A DNA stretch of 64,000 nucleotides from Scyliorhinus canicula. Taxonomy: Eukaryota. Positions 1-12,929 of this stretch are shown piece after piece. Numbering within the stretch: position 1 is the first letter of the stretch; the number at the start of each line of letters is the position of its first letter. Under the pieces are notes generated by a model that was not told the DNA's origin, searched no databases, and saw nothing but the letters and a program-made list of their open reading frames with translations. The stretch covers positions 137,929,263 through 137,993,262 of the forward strand of contig NC_052154.1 in assembly GCF_902713615.1 (NCBI RefSeq). The letters run 5' to 3'. The position numbers were made by a program, and so were the translations under genes.

Positions 1-80
1 ACAGACAGTGACCCAAGCCGGAATCGAACCTGGGACCCTGGAGCTGTGAAGAGATTGTGCTATCCACAATGCTACCGTGC
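1..80 (-). mobile_element. HE1-like tRNA-derived SINE, 5' part (cut by window edge)
   Basis: Reverse complement shows Pol III A/B-box-like 'GGTAGCATTGTGG...GGTTCGATTCC'; same family as 17158-17503. Confidence 0.8.
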
Positions 81-265
81 TACAATGTGCCATTGTCTCT
101 CCGTCGGCACAGAATCGGGAAGCTCAGAATTCCGGCTCTGGAACCAGGCAGGTGGCAAGACAATGCAATAGGAATGGGGTTGTGAAAAACTGGATGTTGA
201 ACACGGTTTCATTTTTTTTCTACTTCCTTCTGCGGATAAGAGTGAATAGTCGGAAAATGTGTGTC

Positions 266-266
<1 letters not shown>

Positions 267-300
<34 letters not shown>
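267..300. repeat. poly-C homopolymer (about 34 nt)
   Basis: Directly visible; produces the poly-Pro in ORF 77..349. Confidence 0.9.
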
Positions 301-1539
301 ACGCAACAAGGACCTTAAAAGCTACAGGATTAAAATCCTGCTTTTTTAATGGATAAATTTAAATCAACAGCTAGGAATAATTCTAAATTTATGATAAAAG
401 CAGAAAATGCAGTGAAAACCCCAGCAGGTCTGGCAGCATCTGTGGAGGGAGAAACAGAGTTAATGTTTTGAGTTAACTCAGAGCTTCTTCAGAGCTTATT
501 TTGTTTCATAGTGCTAACTTTGATTGCTCAGAACTCTTCTGCATCACAATGGAGTTTTACCTTTTCATGATATGCAATTTTTTAAAATGCTGAGAAATAT
601 GCAAAGTACCAAATCAATCAGATTATTTAACTTAACTGCTATCATGCTGCTCAGAGGAAGCAAAACAAAATTGATCAAACCCTGGAAAGCATCATCATTG
701 GAGAACTTTTTTTCCCCTGAGAGTGATAAATATGTTAATGTGCCATCAAATATCTTTGAGAAAGGATTTGTTGTGTATTTGACAGAAATAAAATTGCTGT
801 CTAAGGATAGTACAGTTGAGTAAATATCGTGGGCAGAATTCTCCATTTCTGAGATGAAGGGCTGGATTCTTCGGTTGCCGACGCTGAAATTGCGTTTGGC
901 GATCAGCCGGAGAATCACAGTTCCAGACCAAATCGGGGGTGGTGCCACTTTTGCGATGCAGCACCACTGGGGAATGAGTGGTAGCTGCTGGTAATGCAAC
1001 CTCTCCCCAGAGGACCAGGACCAGCAAGAGGCCCCGTGCCACAGGTGTGAGAGTGAGACTGAGGTCAAAGAGCAGTGTTGTAGGAGATGGGCCAGACATA
1101 TGGTTGGCTCTCAGGTCCCTCCCTTCCTGAGAGGTAGCGAGTGCCTTTGAACAAGGGTCACCTCATTTGAAAAACCTCTTAGTTTGCTTTACTGGCTGAT
1201 GCTGGATGAGTACGAGTGGCAGTGGGATGAAGCCTTTGAGTAAGTATTAATTGCTTACTTCACGGCCCCAATTGATGCCAGTAAGGTCATCCATGAACCT
1301 TCCGGCCCTGAATTTAACCAGCGCAGAGGTGGGAAAACGGTGGGGCCCACACCCACCACCCATCCACCAAATTAAATGTCTCCCTGAATCTAGAATTGCC
1401 TGGGGGAGGACTTTCAATTTTGACCACAGGGTGCCTTTTCATATAAAAATGTCTCACAATGCTTTCCTCCATGAATGTCTTTCCAGGTATGTAACTGCTT
1501 GCTAGGCAAACTTAAAAGGCGGCCGTTTTGCATCAGCAA

Positions 1540-1812
1540 TATGGCACAAAGAACAAGGAAATGAATGACCAGCTAATATGTTTTTGTTGTGCTATTGAAG
1601 GAAGAATGTAATTGGCCAGGACGCCAGGAGAATTCCTCAACTAGATGTTTTAATATTCACCTGAACTACCAGGACAAACTGACATTGCCTTGCTTTAATG
1701 ATTCATTTTGAGGGTGGACTTTTGCCAGCACAGCCTTTTCTCAGTATTGAGCAAAGCAATCGAGGCTCAGTTTGCACCGTCTGACCCAGAATTGAAAACA
1801 CTACCACCTGAC
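1540..1812 (-). mobile_element. Old DeuSINE/SacSINE1-like SINE remnant
   Basis: Degenerate resemblance (from memory) to the Deu core, e.g. 'CAGCCTTTTCTCAGTATTG'; boundaries approximate. Confidence 0.4.
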
Positions 1813-2919
1813 AAACAGTAGAGTTTATGGTTGAATGGGATATACAGGAAAAATGGAAGAAATGGATTTAGTGACCAAAATGTGTGTCTTGCTGTGTGCT
1901 ATTCAGATAGCCATATTCCTAATTCAACCACCAGTCAGTTCCAAATTTCTGACTGTGCTCTTCTGGAAATAAGCAAAGTTCATTCCTCGTTATCTGGTTT
2001 AATTACTGGATAGCAAACACATTTAAAAACATCTTTTTACTGTCTGTTGATTCAAAGGATCAGCACATGCTCCATTCAGGGTTTAATTAAGCTTGTTGAA
2101 GATAAGGGACCATCATAATATTTATTAACCTAATTGTATGGAGTCCTTGTTTGTTTAGCTAGATAGGAGTTACAGTGCAAATCACAGCGTGATTAGGATG
2201 GACCTCTTTTTTTGCTTTTGCAAAGCTTGCAACATACTCCTTTCAGACAGCATCTGACCTCTGACATTCAAAACTGTAGCTATCATCCACATGTATTGTT
2301 TACTGGCTGAAATCCCTGCAGGGTTTTTACTTGACCTTCAGTTCAGATGGAGTAATGCATTTGTCAGGAGTCGCTGATCAGCTGCTTGCCCTAACAGACT
2401 GACTTCAGAATTTCTGACACGTTTAAAAGTTGTTCTGTCACTGTCTCACAGAGATCTGTGCGCGCTGACCTTCCATTTTCAGTGAACTGGCAGATAGGTG
2501 GGTTCTGCAAGTTGAATCCGAGACTGACATGCGTCAAAGGAGCTGTTTGAAGGAACCCGCTGGACCTACAAAGAGCAGAGGTCTGTGCTGATCGGGTTTG
2601 ATACAGGCTCAGGTGGTTTGAGGCTTTGTGCGAAAAATATTCATGCCTTTCGATGAGATCATTTACACCCCTATCTGGATGTATTGGAACAGCACTTTGG
2701 GAATGCCATTAGTGAGGACGAATGTATAACAATACATTCATTTAGGGCCTCCCCTGTATCCTCAGACTCTAGGCACAAGTTCCCTCCACTATCCCTACTC
2801 TCACTCTGATCATCCTCTTATTTCCCACATAAGTGTAAAACGCCTTGGGGTTTTCACTAATCCTTCCCGCCCAGGCTTTTTCATGCCCCCTTCTAGCTTT
2901 CCTAAGTCTCACCAAAATG

Positions 2920-3086
2920 TCTCAAGGCTAGAACTGTGCCGTATGCCATCAGGTTAAAGGTTGAAGAGGAACTTGAAAGGCTAGTCCAACCAGGAGTAAT
3001 TGAACCAGTTGCTGCAAGTGGTAGCACAGCACCGATAGTTCCTGCATTGAAACGTGATGGCTTAATGAGAATATGTGGAAATTACT
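2920..3086 (+). mobile_element. Ty3/Gypsy RT N-terminal fragment
   Basis: Translates KARTVPYAIRLKVEEELERLVQPGVIEPV...APIVPALKRDGLMRICGNY. Confidence 0.8.
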
Positions 3087-3211
3087 CGACGGTCCAGATC
3101 CTGGCTCCTTGAGACCTTGGAAATATCCACTTTTCCCTCGGTAGGCAGTACCTCCTGTGAAGTTACACCAGTTTCCATCTCTATAGTTATTAGAAAATCC
3201 TCAGAAACAGA

Positions 3212-3885
3212 GGGCGAAATTCTCCCATCAAGTGTTTCACTCTGGCGTCGGAGGCCTCTCCTCGCCCCCTATTCTCCCACCCCCAGGGGGCTAGGAGCGG
3301 CGCCGCGTCAATTTCGCGCACCGGGCCGTGGCGCCGCGTGTAAGCGGCGCGCGTAAATTACATGGCCGGCGCCGCGTAAATGACGTCACCCGCGCATGCG
3401 CTGATTGGCCAGCGCCAATCCGCGCATGCCGTTGCCATCTTCCCCGCGGGCGCCCCGCAAGACATGGAGGATTGATCTTGCGGGGCGGCGGAGGAAAAGA
3501 GTGCATCCTTTAGAGATGCCGGTCCGCCGATCAGTGGGCACCGATCGCAGGCCAGACCCCTACTGAGCGCCCCCCTGGTGCTCGATCCTCTCTCCTCCCC
3601 CACAGGCCGCACACGCAGCATTCGTGCGCTGTTCACGCCGGCAGCGACCAAGTGTGGTTGGCATGAACCCGTCGGATTGGGCAGGCCGCTCGGCCCATTG
3701 GGGCTGGAGAATCGCCGCTCGTCTGCTACAAACGGCAAGCGGCGATTCTCCGAGCGGCCTGTCGTGAAGCATGCCGTTTTGGGGGAGGTGGGAGAATCAT
3801 GTGCTGGTGCCAGAGCGGCATGGAGGGAATCGCCCGGCACTCCCACGGTTCTCCCACCCGGCGTGGGGGTCGGAGAATTGCGCCC
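3212..3885. mobile_element. GC-rich MITE (PIF/Harbinger-type TIRs)
   Basis: Ends GGGCGAAATTCTCC...GGAGAATTGCGCCC, flanked by 3-bp AGA duplication. Confidence 0.8.
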
Positions 3886-3959
3886 AGAATCTGAGCTTGT
3901 CTCTCAGTTTGGTCTCAGACATATCACTGTTTAGATTTTTCGATGGAAATATTCTTGGG

Positions 3960-5018
3960 AAGTTTCAGCATTTTCACTTTGTGAAGCTGGTAGATGGTCA
4001 GCATGACATCGCCAAATTTCCTCATCATCTGTCTGTACAATGTATGATATTGGACCTGTTATTGCTTGGATAACAGCAGGTACTCATTTCTAATTGGTAG
4101 TGTAGCTTCTGGCTACCACTCGCTCTCCTTGAGTGGATACTTGATTTTTAGAGTGTTGTTCTCTCCTCATAATCTGTGCTTGTTGTTGTCATTTGACAAT
4201 CTCTGAACTATAAGGTAGTATCAAAAGATCAAACTGTGTTCGCAGTTTCCTTTAAATGGCAGCATTGCTAGTGAACTCTATGTTGTTGTCTGTGCGGGGT
4301 CCTGGTAAAAGATTAAGAATTTGTTCACTCTTCTCGCTAATGTATCTTGGTTCTTTAATGAAATGTTTCAGTAACAATAACTCTACAAATCATTCATCCA
4401 ATTGATTTGTTGCAGGATAGTACGGAGTTGACTTTATGTACTGAATACAATCCCCTCTTAAGTAGTCTTCTAACTAAACTCTTTAGAAGTGAACTGAGTA
4501 CCATTGTCACTTACTACCTGCTCCAGTGTACCAAATTGCGCAAATATTTTGTCGAGCTTCTCAATACTTTGTTCAGTCACCGTTGATTTCATAATTACTA
4601 CTTTCAACCATTTAAAACGTGCACCCACAATCAGTGGGAACATGTGTCTCTCAATTGCATCAGTGTAGTTTATGTGTATTCTCTGCCATGAATATATTGG
4701 CCATTCCTACAGATGTAATGGTTGCAGTGGTGGAGTCATTCTTGGTTTTGTACAGGACAGACATTGCCACTTTCTCTTCAACTTGAGCATCTAATCCTGA
4801 ATAACAAAAATAACGACATGCCAGTTTTTTTATCCCCACCACATCAGAATGTCCCTCATTCAGTTGGTCAAGGACTTTATTACACACCACGAAGGAACAA
4901 TCACTTGAATTCTCCATGATAAAACTCCATTCTAGATGTCAACTTCTTGTGATGGATTGCTTGATGTTTTGATTTTTATGATGTATGTCAGTCATTGAGC
5001 TATTTTGGATCATGTCCA
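3960..5018 (-). mobile_element. Degenerate Ty3/Gypsy integrase region
   Basis: ORF 4660..4917 (VLDQLNEGHSDVVGIKKLACRYF, decayed HHCC) followed by core fragments (SDNGTQFTS, TPYYPATN). Confidence 0.75.
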
Positions 5019-5619
5019 TGTTATGGTCCAGGGTTCAGAGAATCCCAAAGTGTATCATGGAGTTCACCTGACCCACAACTTTTAATAGATTGTGGTATGG
5101 GGAGCACACGGCCCACTCTACAGGTGTGGTACAGCAGAAATGGAAAAGTATTTTTTAAAGCAAAACGATGTTTATTCTATGAACTCAAGTTAACCTTTTT
5201 AAAACATACAGTGAACATCGTAGCAACCATTAATTCAAATACAACCCCCAAAGAATACAACATTAAGTAATCCTTAATAACTTCCCAAACAACATCCAGA
5301 AGACAAAACAAACACCTTTTAAAAGAAGCACATCAGGTTTACATTCACGACTGAGAACATTTACAATTCTGAATTCACCAAATGATCAAGAGATAGTCTT
5401 TTCATGGCAGAGAGAACAGCAGTACATCTGCTTTGTCTGGCTTCAGCTCCAACACAGAAAACAAAACTAAAACACACCCTGTAGCAAACAGCCTAAAATG
5501 AAAGTAAAAAGCTGACAGACAGCCCAGCTCCACCCACATTCTGACATCACTATTAAACGCTCATTTCTTAAAGGTACATTTCTAAAACACCAATTTCTTA
5601 AAGCTACTCTCACATGACA
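5019..5619. mobile_element. Solo LTR inserted into the Gypsy remnant
   Basis: TGTTATG...CATGACA termini with 4-bp TCCA duplication on both sides. Confidence 0.8.
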
Positions 5620-5679
5620 TCCATCAGCTTCCACATCACTGGATTAGTTTTTTTGTATCTTTGAACTTGAGATGCTGGC

Positions 5680-6748
5680 CCGGGAAGGAAGTTCACAAGA
5701 ATGATCCCTGAAATGAAGAGCTTGTCATATAAAGAGCGGGTTGAGGACTCTGGGTCTGTAATTGTTGGAGTTTAGAAGGATGAGGGGGGATCATGTTGAA
5801 CATTACAGGATATTGCGAGGCTTGGATAGAGTGGACGTGGAGAGGATGTTACCACGAGTAGGAAAAACTAGAATCAGAGAGCACAGCCTCACACTGAAGA
5901 GAGTTGAGGAGGAATTTCTTCAGCCACACGTGGAAAATCTGTGGAACTCTTTGCCCAGAAGGCTGTCGAGGTCAAATAACTTAATGGACTGGATTCTCCG
6001 ATTTGGGGACTATCTCCCCATGCAGGCGTGGGAACGGTGCCATTTCACACCAGAACAACTTGTGCAAAACGGCCACTGATTCCCTGTTCGCTGCGGGCTA
6101 GCAGTAAAGCAGCGTTGAGCACCCAGCTCTAGCTGCCGAAATGGCCTGGAGATTTGCCGGATCCGAGGCCGCGCATGCACACGGTGGCAGCCTGCAGTGG
6201 CCGTGCAGTGCTTCATGGCTGAGGCTGCTCGTGATCCAACCTGTGAAATAGTCCCCCCTTCGGCCGGCTCGCGGGCCCTGGTCCACCCCACCACAGTGTC
6301 CCCAGCCCTGAATAATGTTCCCCCGACCCGCAGCCGCCACGCTGAGTTCCCGAAAGGTGAGACCATGAGAGACACATGCCGTTGGGAACTTGGCCAGTCG
6401 AGATCAGAGCATCAGGGGGGCAGATCCCAGGCAATGGCCTGAGGCCATGGATACATGGTGCTTTGGGGGGGGGGGGAGCATCACAGAAGCGGCGCCACCC
6501 CCGATTCTGTCGGGAATTTGGATTCTCCAGCCAGTCACCAAATACGATTGCGGCGTCGGTGACCGGAGAATCCAGCCCAGTGTCTTTAAGACAGAGATAG
6601 ATAGGTATTTAATTAATAAGGGAATCAGGGGTTATGGGGAGAAGGCAGGAGAATGGGGATGAGAAAAATATCAGCCATGATTGAATGGCGGAGCAGACAC
6701 AATGGGCCAAGTGGCCTAATTCTGTTCCCATGTCTTATGGTCTTATGG
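5680..6748 (+). mobile_element. CR1 LINE 3' end, interrupted by a MITE
   Basis: LEFRRMRGDHVEHYRILRGLDRVDVERM CR1 ORF2 C-terminus; typical 3' tail resumes at 6579. Confidence 0.8.
5986..6578. mobile_element. GC-rich MITE
   Basis: TIRs GGACTGGATTCTCC...GGAGAATCCAGCCC; splits the CR1. Confidence 0.75.
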
Positions 6749-6886
6749 GAGGGGTGCTATGTATCAGAGAATACATCCCTGCTGGGGGAATGTCACAAAG
6801 ATCCGTAGTGGCATCAGTTTGTGCGGGCTTCCAATTCTCCATCTTAGATTGTATGAGCAACAGCTCCTAATAAAATCTCTCATCAT

Positions 6887-7562
6887 GGGCGGCATTCTCC
6901 CCTACCCGGTGTGACGGAGGGTGCCGGCGTAGGGGAGTAGCGCCAACCACTCAGGGGTCGGGCCTCCCCAAATGTGGGGAATTCTCCCCACCTTTGGGGG
7001 CCAGCCCCGCGCCGGAGTGGTTTGCACCAGAAGACTGGCGCAAAAAAACGGCGCCCCCGGCAGCGGGGCTGGCCGAAAGGCTTTTGTCGGTCGGCGCATG
7101 CGCCGACAGTGACGTCAGCGGCAGCTGGCCGCTGACGTCACTGCCGGCGCATGCGCGATGTGGGGTTCTCTTCCACTTCTGCCATGGTGGAGGCCATGGC
7201 GGACGCGGAAGAAAATAGTGCACCCAGGGCACTGGCCCGGAACCCGATCGCGGGCCAGGCCACCGTGGGGGCACCCCCCGGGGTTCGATCGCCCCCCCGC
7301 CAGGACCCCGGGGCCCGCTCGCGCCGCTGATGCTGCCGTTCTAGAGATGGTTTAAACCTCGGCGGCGGGAGAGGCCTCCCAGCGGCGGGACATCGGCCCA
7401 TCCGGGCCGGAGAATCACCGCAGGGGCCTCTCCGATCGGAGTGGCGAGATTCCTGCCGCCGCCACTTCCCGGGTGGCAGAGAATCTCTGCCACGGCGGGG
7501 GCGGGATTTTCGGCGGCCCCAGGCGATTCTCCGACCCTGCTGGGGGTCGGAGAATTTCGCCC
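6887..7562. mobile_element. GC-rich MITE with internal long palindrome
   Basis: TIRs GGGCGGCATTCTCC...GGAGAATTTCGCCC; 3-bp CAT duplication. Confidence 0.85.
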
Positions 7563-7848
7563 CATGTTTGTAAGAGATCCAAATGTGTGGCACCTCCATA
7601 ACTTTTCTCTTTACAGCAGTAAGAAAATATAACAATTTGGCACTAATAATTTAAAAACATTGCACCTCTGTTGAGATGCTGCTGGCTCTACGAGGGAGTT
7701 GAGGCAGTGGGGTGCATTTCACACTTTACAATAAGTTGAACTGAAAGAACTGAGAGTCCTGCTGCTTTTCAACTCCAGGCACAACCAGTTCCGTATCGTA
7801 TTCAAGTATTCTGATGAGTTTCACAAGGTTCCTGCAGTGATCTCTGTA

Positions 7849-8201
7849 TGTAGTAATACATGATCAGACTATGTTAAGCTAGTACAGGCAACTGAACACT
7901 AGATGGCCACACTATCAGGACCTATATAAATGTTTTCACGCTTTTTCGTAGAGGAGTGTGTGTCTGGAGTGCAGAGAGTACAGAGCTAGAGAGAAGAAGT
8001 TAATAAATATCAGTAATTATTTTTATCTTATTTAATAGTTTGATCTACAGTTATTTGTTTGTTTATGAGTTTAGTATTAAGTAAAAAGAACTCACGGGAT
8101 TATTTTATATTAGTCATTAAATTACTTTATCATCACTGGAAGACTACGGCTATATTTCAACAACTCGGCTCGACAAAAAGAGTAATATATATATTACTAC
8201 A
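7849..8201 (+). mobile_element. Solo LTR
   Basis: TGTAGTAATA...TATTACTACA inverted termini, TATATAAA near 7923, AATAAA near 8002, CTGTA/TTGTA flanks. Confidence 0.7.
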
Positions 8202-9315
8202 TTGTAATATAACAATTCCTACTGGAACCACAGTTAAAATTCAGTGGTACGCCAGAGGAATTTCATAGTGATATTCATCAATTGTTCATGGCCAATAACA
8301 CAGGCAAGTTACTCATGCAATACATATTCATAATCATGTTGGAACAACCTCCAAATGATCCCTGGTTTAATGAAGATATGGGTTCATAATTTAATTCCCC
8401 CAAAGATTTTCAAACTTGCCTTGCTGCCTGGGGGTAAAAAAGCCACAGGAGGAATTGATAGGATTGAAGGGGAATAAGGTGACAATTCATTCTTCTGTTA
8501 CTGATATGTTACTCTTAAAAGATCATTCAATTATTTAATGACCCAGGTTTCTCAGCAGAACACCAGTCTTTGATCCATGAATGGAAACATGGCAACCAAG
8601 AAATGTGATGGAGTCAAAATATAGACAGAATTTCCTGAGTCCAACCTGAGGTTGTTGTTCGGACCGTATGATAGCTGAACCAATTAGAATGAGTTACTTT
8701 TGTTTCAAACTTGATCTGGAACTGCCTCCTTCCTGAATCAATTCTCACTTCAGCACCACAAGGCATAATTGGCAAATACGTTTGTGAGTTTTCAGCGTCT
8801 CCATTGCGAGTCACTAAATTTCTTCAATAAATTATAGGATGTGCTGGTGCATGACCATTAGTGACTCCTGAGCTTTATGGAATGTAACAGTGCAGTGAAA
8901 GGAATAGCTAAGTCGGGCTGCTGTAGCCGTTGGTGGGAAGAGGGATGAAATTGCTGAATGTAGGCAGCAAGACAGTTGATGATTCAAAGCCTGGAAACAA
9001 ATGGAGATGGGAAAATTGGAGGGGTTACTTTGACTAGCAGTGGTAATGTTACAGGCAGAACTCTTCACAGCAGATTCAATAGTTCTGTAATGGTCTTTCT
9101 GTTAATCTCGTACCTGTAAAGACAATGCATGCCAGGTAGGTGTGCAAACACCCACAGTTTTGGTTCATTGCACATTAAATTCAAATGCCAACATGCCTAT
9201 CTCATATGCCTTCTTTAACTTCAGTCTTAAATATCTATGAAAAGAACACTTGAGAAGCAAAGGCACAATAGTTAAAAATAGCAGCACATTTATAAAATGT
9301 GCTGCCTGAAACCTG

Positions 9316-10028
9316 GGACGGGATTCTCCGACCCCCCGCCGGGTCAGAGAATCGGCGGGGGACGGCGTGAATCCCGCCCCCACCGGTCGCTGAATTCTCC
9401 AGCACCGGAGATTTGGCGGGCGTGGGAATCGCGCCGCGCCGTGCCGATCGGCGCCCCCCCCCCAGCGTTTCTCCGGCCTGCAATGGGCCAAAGTCCAGCT
9501 GCTGTAATGCTGGTCCTGCCGGCGTGAATTAAACCACCTCCCTTACCGGCGGGACCAGGCGAGTGGGCTCCGGGGTCCTGGAGGGGGCGCGGGGCGATCT
9601 GGCCCCGGGGGGGGGGGGAGTGCCCCCACGGTGGCCTAGCCCGCGATCGGGACCCACCGGTCCAAGGGAGGGCCTGTGCCGTGGGGGCACTCTTTCGCCT
9701 CTGCAGAGGCGATGGCCGATGTGGAGGTGACACCCCCCCCCCCCCCACGCGCATGCGCGGAGATGACGTCAGCAGCCGCTGACGCTCCCGGGCATGCATG
9801 GACTTCCGCCGGCTGGCGGAGTCCCTTCGGCTCCGCTGGCGTGACACTAAAGGCCTTCCACGCCAGCTAGCAGGACGGCAACCACTCCGCCACGGGCCTT
9901 GCCCCTAAAGATGAGGTCTTGGCCACTAAAGGTTTCCGCACCTTTGGGGTGGCCTGACGCCGGAGTGGTTCATGCCACTCCATCCTGCCGGGACCCCCCG
10001 CCCCGCCGGGTAGGGGAGAATCCCGCCC
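9316..10028. mobile_element. GC-rich MITE, related to 6887-7562 in opposite orientation
   Basis: TIRs GGACGGGATTCTCC...GGAGAATCCCGCCC; shares GCGCATGCGC and TGACGTCA core. Confidence 0.8.
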
Positions 10029-11645
10029 AGTGTTGCTGGTCTTCACTAAGTACTTTCAATAGATGGGCCTAAATCTGAATAGGCAACTTATTTGAGCTAG
10101 AATATTGCAGACAACATCTCAGTTCACTTAATTATACACCTTTCCTGCATACGCTAAAACAACAATGAGGGAAAATGCACATCAGAAAATTGTGCGCGTT
10201 AAGTTTGAAGACGTGACAAAATGGATAACGTTCAATTTTCAGAATTCTCTTCACCTTGTTCTGACAGCAGAACCCATTGTGTCAAAGAGAATAATTATAT
10301 TTCTGCTGTGCATCTGTTCTTTTTTCTGGGATTGGATTCAATACTCTACAGGAGTTGAAAGAAATCTCCCAAATGTATTCACTGAACCAGAAATATCATT
10401 TTTGATCTCACACCACAACTTGCTGGCGGCGAAATTGGGCCGTATAGCATCTGTTTTTTTTTCAGAAGTGCTTAAGACTTGAAAATGAGGTCCATGATGC
10501 TCCCATGTATCTCCGACATGAGTGCATGGGAACCTGGTTTGGTAATGGGGTTTGTGAGTGCACACCCAACAATTGCTGGCAGTGAGTAGATCAGTGAGAC
10601 AAAGGTGTGGATCAATGTACAATGCAGGTTTGAAGTCATACTTTCAACTGTAAACTCCAATTCTTAGCTTCACACAGCTGAACAAATCAATAAACAAAAT
10701 GAGGAACCATCAACTGTGCCATTTTAAAAAATTATAAAGTGTTTACAGGGTAGATGCTGGATTATTTCTTCTGGGACAATTCAGTACATTTTTAGAGGTT
10801 TCATGTACTTGTTTGAAGTTTCAGTACTCTGTAAAGTGTTCTGACTGGTCATGCAGTACTTCTGTGTCTGGTAAAATGTGCTACAAAAAGAAATTGCTTC
10901 CAGGCATAGGTGATCTGGAACCTTCCTCTTTATGATAATCATGAGGATTCTCAAAAAGGTAAACCGAAGAATTTATTTTCTTACTCACAGTAAGACTACA
11001 GAGTGATGAAGAGCACACCTAGTCCTAGCTGAGACCATCTGAAGAAGATGGCTCCCTGCTGGGCCAGCTTTTATCACGGAAAATTAACGAGCCCTGTTGT
11101 TGGATCTCTGCCCATCAGTGTGGGAGCTCGTGTTCCACTAGACCCATGGGGGAAATCAATCGGGTTGTCCCCGCGGGTCTCATGGAGGTTACGACACCCG
11201 TGGAATTGAACCTGAGGAGGAAAATGAGGAGAGGCTATGGAGAGCAGGAAAAGCTATGAGAAGAAGGAGCAGGAGGGGATGGAGGAAGTGGAGCAGGGCA
11301 TTCAACAGGAAGCAATATCCTCTGAGAGTCTTCAGGAACAATTTTCCTACCTCAACCTCAGTGAGGATGAATTCATTGTTATGGGTCAGGGCTGAGCAAC
11401 CCAAAGTATATTATGGATTTCATTTGACCTACAACCTTTATGTTGAATTTGGCGGGGATGAGCACAAAAGCCTTCACTGCAGGTGTGATTCATCAGACTT
11501 CCGAGGCACTTTAATCAAAACAAGGTTTATTCGAAGAATGTAATTAACATTTATATATAAATATACACACATATATATATATATATAAACACAGCAAGAA
11601 TTTTTATCAATTACAAGCATAAAGACACCATACAGTGACACTTGT

Positions 11646-11820
11646 TGGGCTAAAGAGCTGGCTTTTAAAGCAGGCCAAGGCAGGCCAGCAGCACGGTTCA
11701 ATTCGCGTACCAGCCTCCGCGAACAGGCACTGGAATGTGGCGACTAGGGGCTTTTCACAGTAACTTCATTTGAAGCCTACTTGTGACAATAAGCGATTTT
11801 CATTTCATTTTTCATTTCAT
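11646..11820 (+). mobile_element. Short SINE with (ATTTC)n tail
   Basis: B-box-like GGTTCAATTC; tail AATAAGCGATTTTCATTTC; related copy at 28958-29130 on - strand. Confidence 0.7.
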
Positions 11821-12341
11821 TCCCACCGCATATGTCCCGTGCAGAATATTACACATCTTATATTTGAAGTTCATTGAGCTCTAATTTTTCACTGACAAAC
11901 TCATCTTTTGTCCGTGAACTTTGGTTCTCTGCACAGAGCCTCAACAGAGCCTCATCCTTGTGCGTTATCCTTCAACCTCACATTCTTTAATTGCGCTTCT
12001 GCTAATTGTTTCTGAACCTCTTCATGTTCCTTTGTGAGCACTTCTGCTTTCGCTTGGGTATGCTGTAGAAATGGTGGAGAACTTCTTTTTGACTTAATTG
12101 GATCTGCAGCCTATTTTTTCTTGACATGTCCTTTTTTTGACTTTCATTTCAGCTCTGTCATTTTTCAGCAACTCAATGATTCTCAGTAAATTCTAGCCAT
12201 CCAGTGCTTTTCCTCTTCATTCCTTGATCTTCAGCATCAGATTTACAATTTACAATCTTATTTCTGTCTTTTCATTCTTTGTCTAAAACAGAGCTTTCTC
12301 GTTCTCCATCACTTTGGTTTCACAGTTGGTCAAGTCCTTCT
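11821..12341 (-). repeat. Copy A of an inverted duplicated degenerate coiled-coil segment
   Basis: Reverse complement of about 28433-28958 with only about ten differences counted by eye. Confidence 0.9.
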
Positions 12342-12374
12342 TAATAAGTGATTTTCATTTCATATTACATTTCA

Positions 12375-12779
12375 TGAATTCCCCCTTAGCTGTTCCAATT
12401 CAATGACAAAATCCAATGAACCAAAGTCCCTTTCCAAGGGCATGGCCCAGCACACTGTATTCACACTTGAATGGGGATGGTCCTTTTCCTGAAATTCTGA
12501 TCTATGTCCAACCAGCAGATTCACCCCCCTCCAGAAAGCAATTATATCTTTAAAGTTACCAAGGCAGTCAGTCACACCCAATGTGCTTTTTACTGGAACA
12601 GCTTTTAAAATGAAAACAGAGAAAAACAGGGGAAAAACTGTTCTCCTTCTGCAGTCCAAAGCAGTAAAACTGACACTGAAACCTAAAAAAAAACCTTCTC
12701 ATCTGGCAGCCACAGCCCAATGTGCTATAAGTCACATGATAAGAGACTAAACCTTTCTTAAAGGGACACTCACATGACA
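12375..12779. mobile_element. LTR fragment related to 5019-5619
   Basis: Shared terminus 'CTTAAAGGGACACTCACATGACA'. Confidence 0.55.
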
Positions 12780-12929
12780 TCATGAAACAGTGTTGTTTCT
12801 GTAAAGAAGCCATGAACTGCTGCAGATACAATTGCAACCTCAGGACAGGCAAGGACAGCATTAATAGCCGTTAACCTGATTATGATTCTTAACATTTTTG
12901 TATCAGGCTTAAGCAACACGTGGGAATTT

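Noticed and set aside
2310-2566. - strand exon candidate after CTCTGCTCTTTGTAG
   Set aside because: Short frames with no recognisable homology and no partner exon
9064-10345. Two - strand exon-like pieces (10255-10345 and about 9064-9112) as the end of a host gene
   Set aside because: Splice sites look plausible but all three frames of the 91-nt exon contain a stop; only a 35-aa peptide could result
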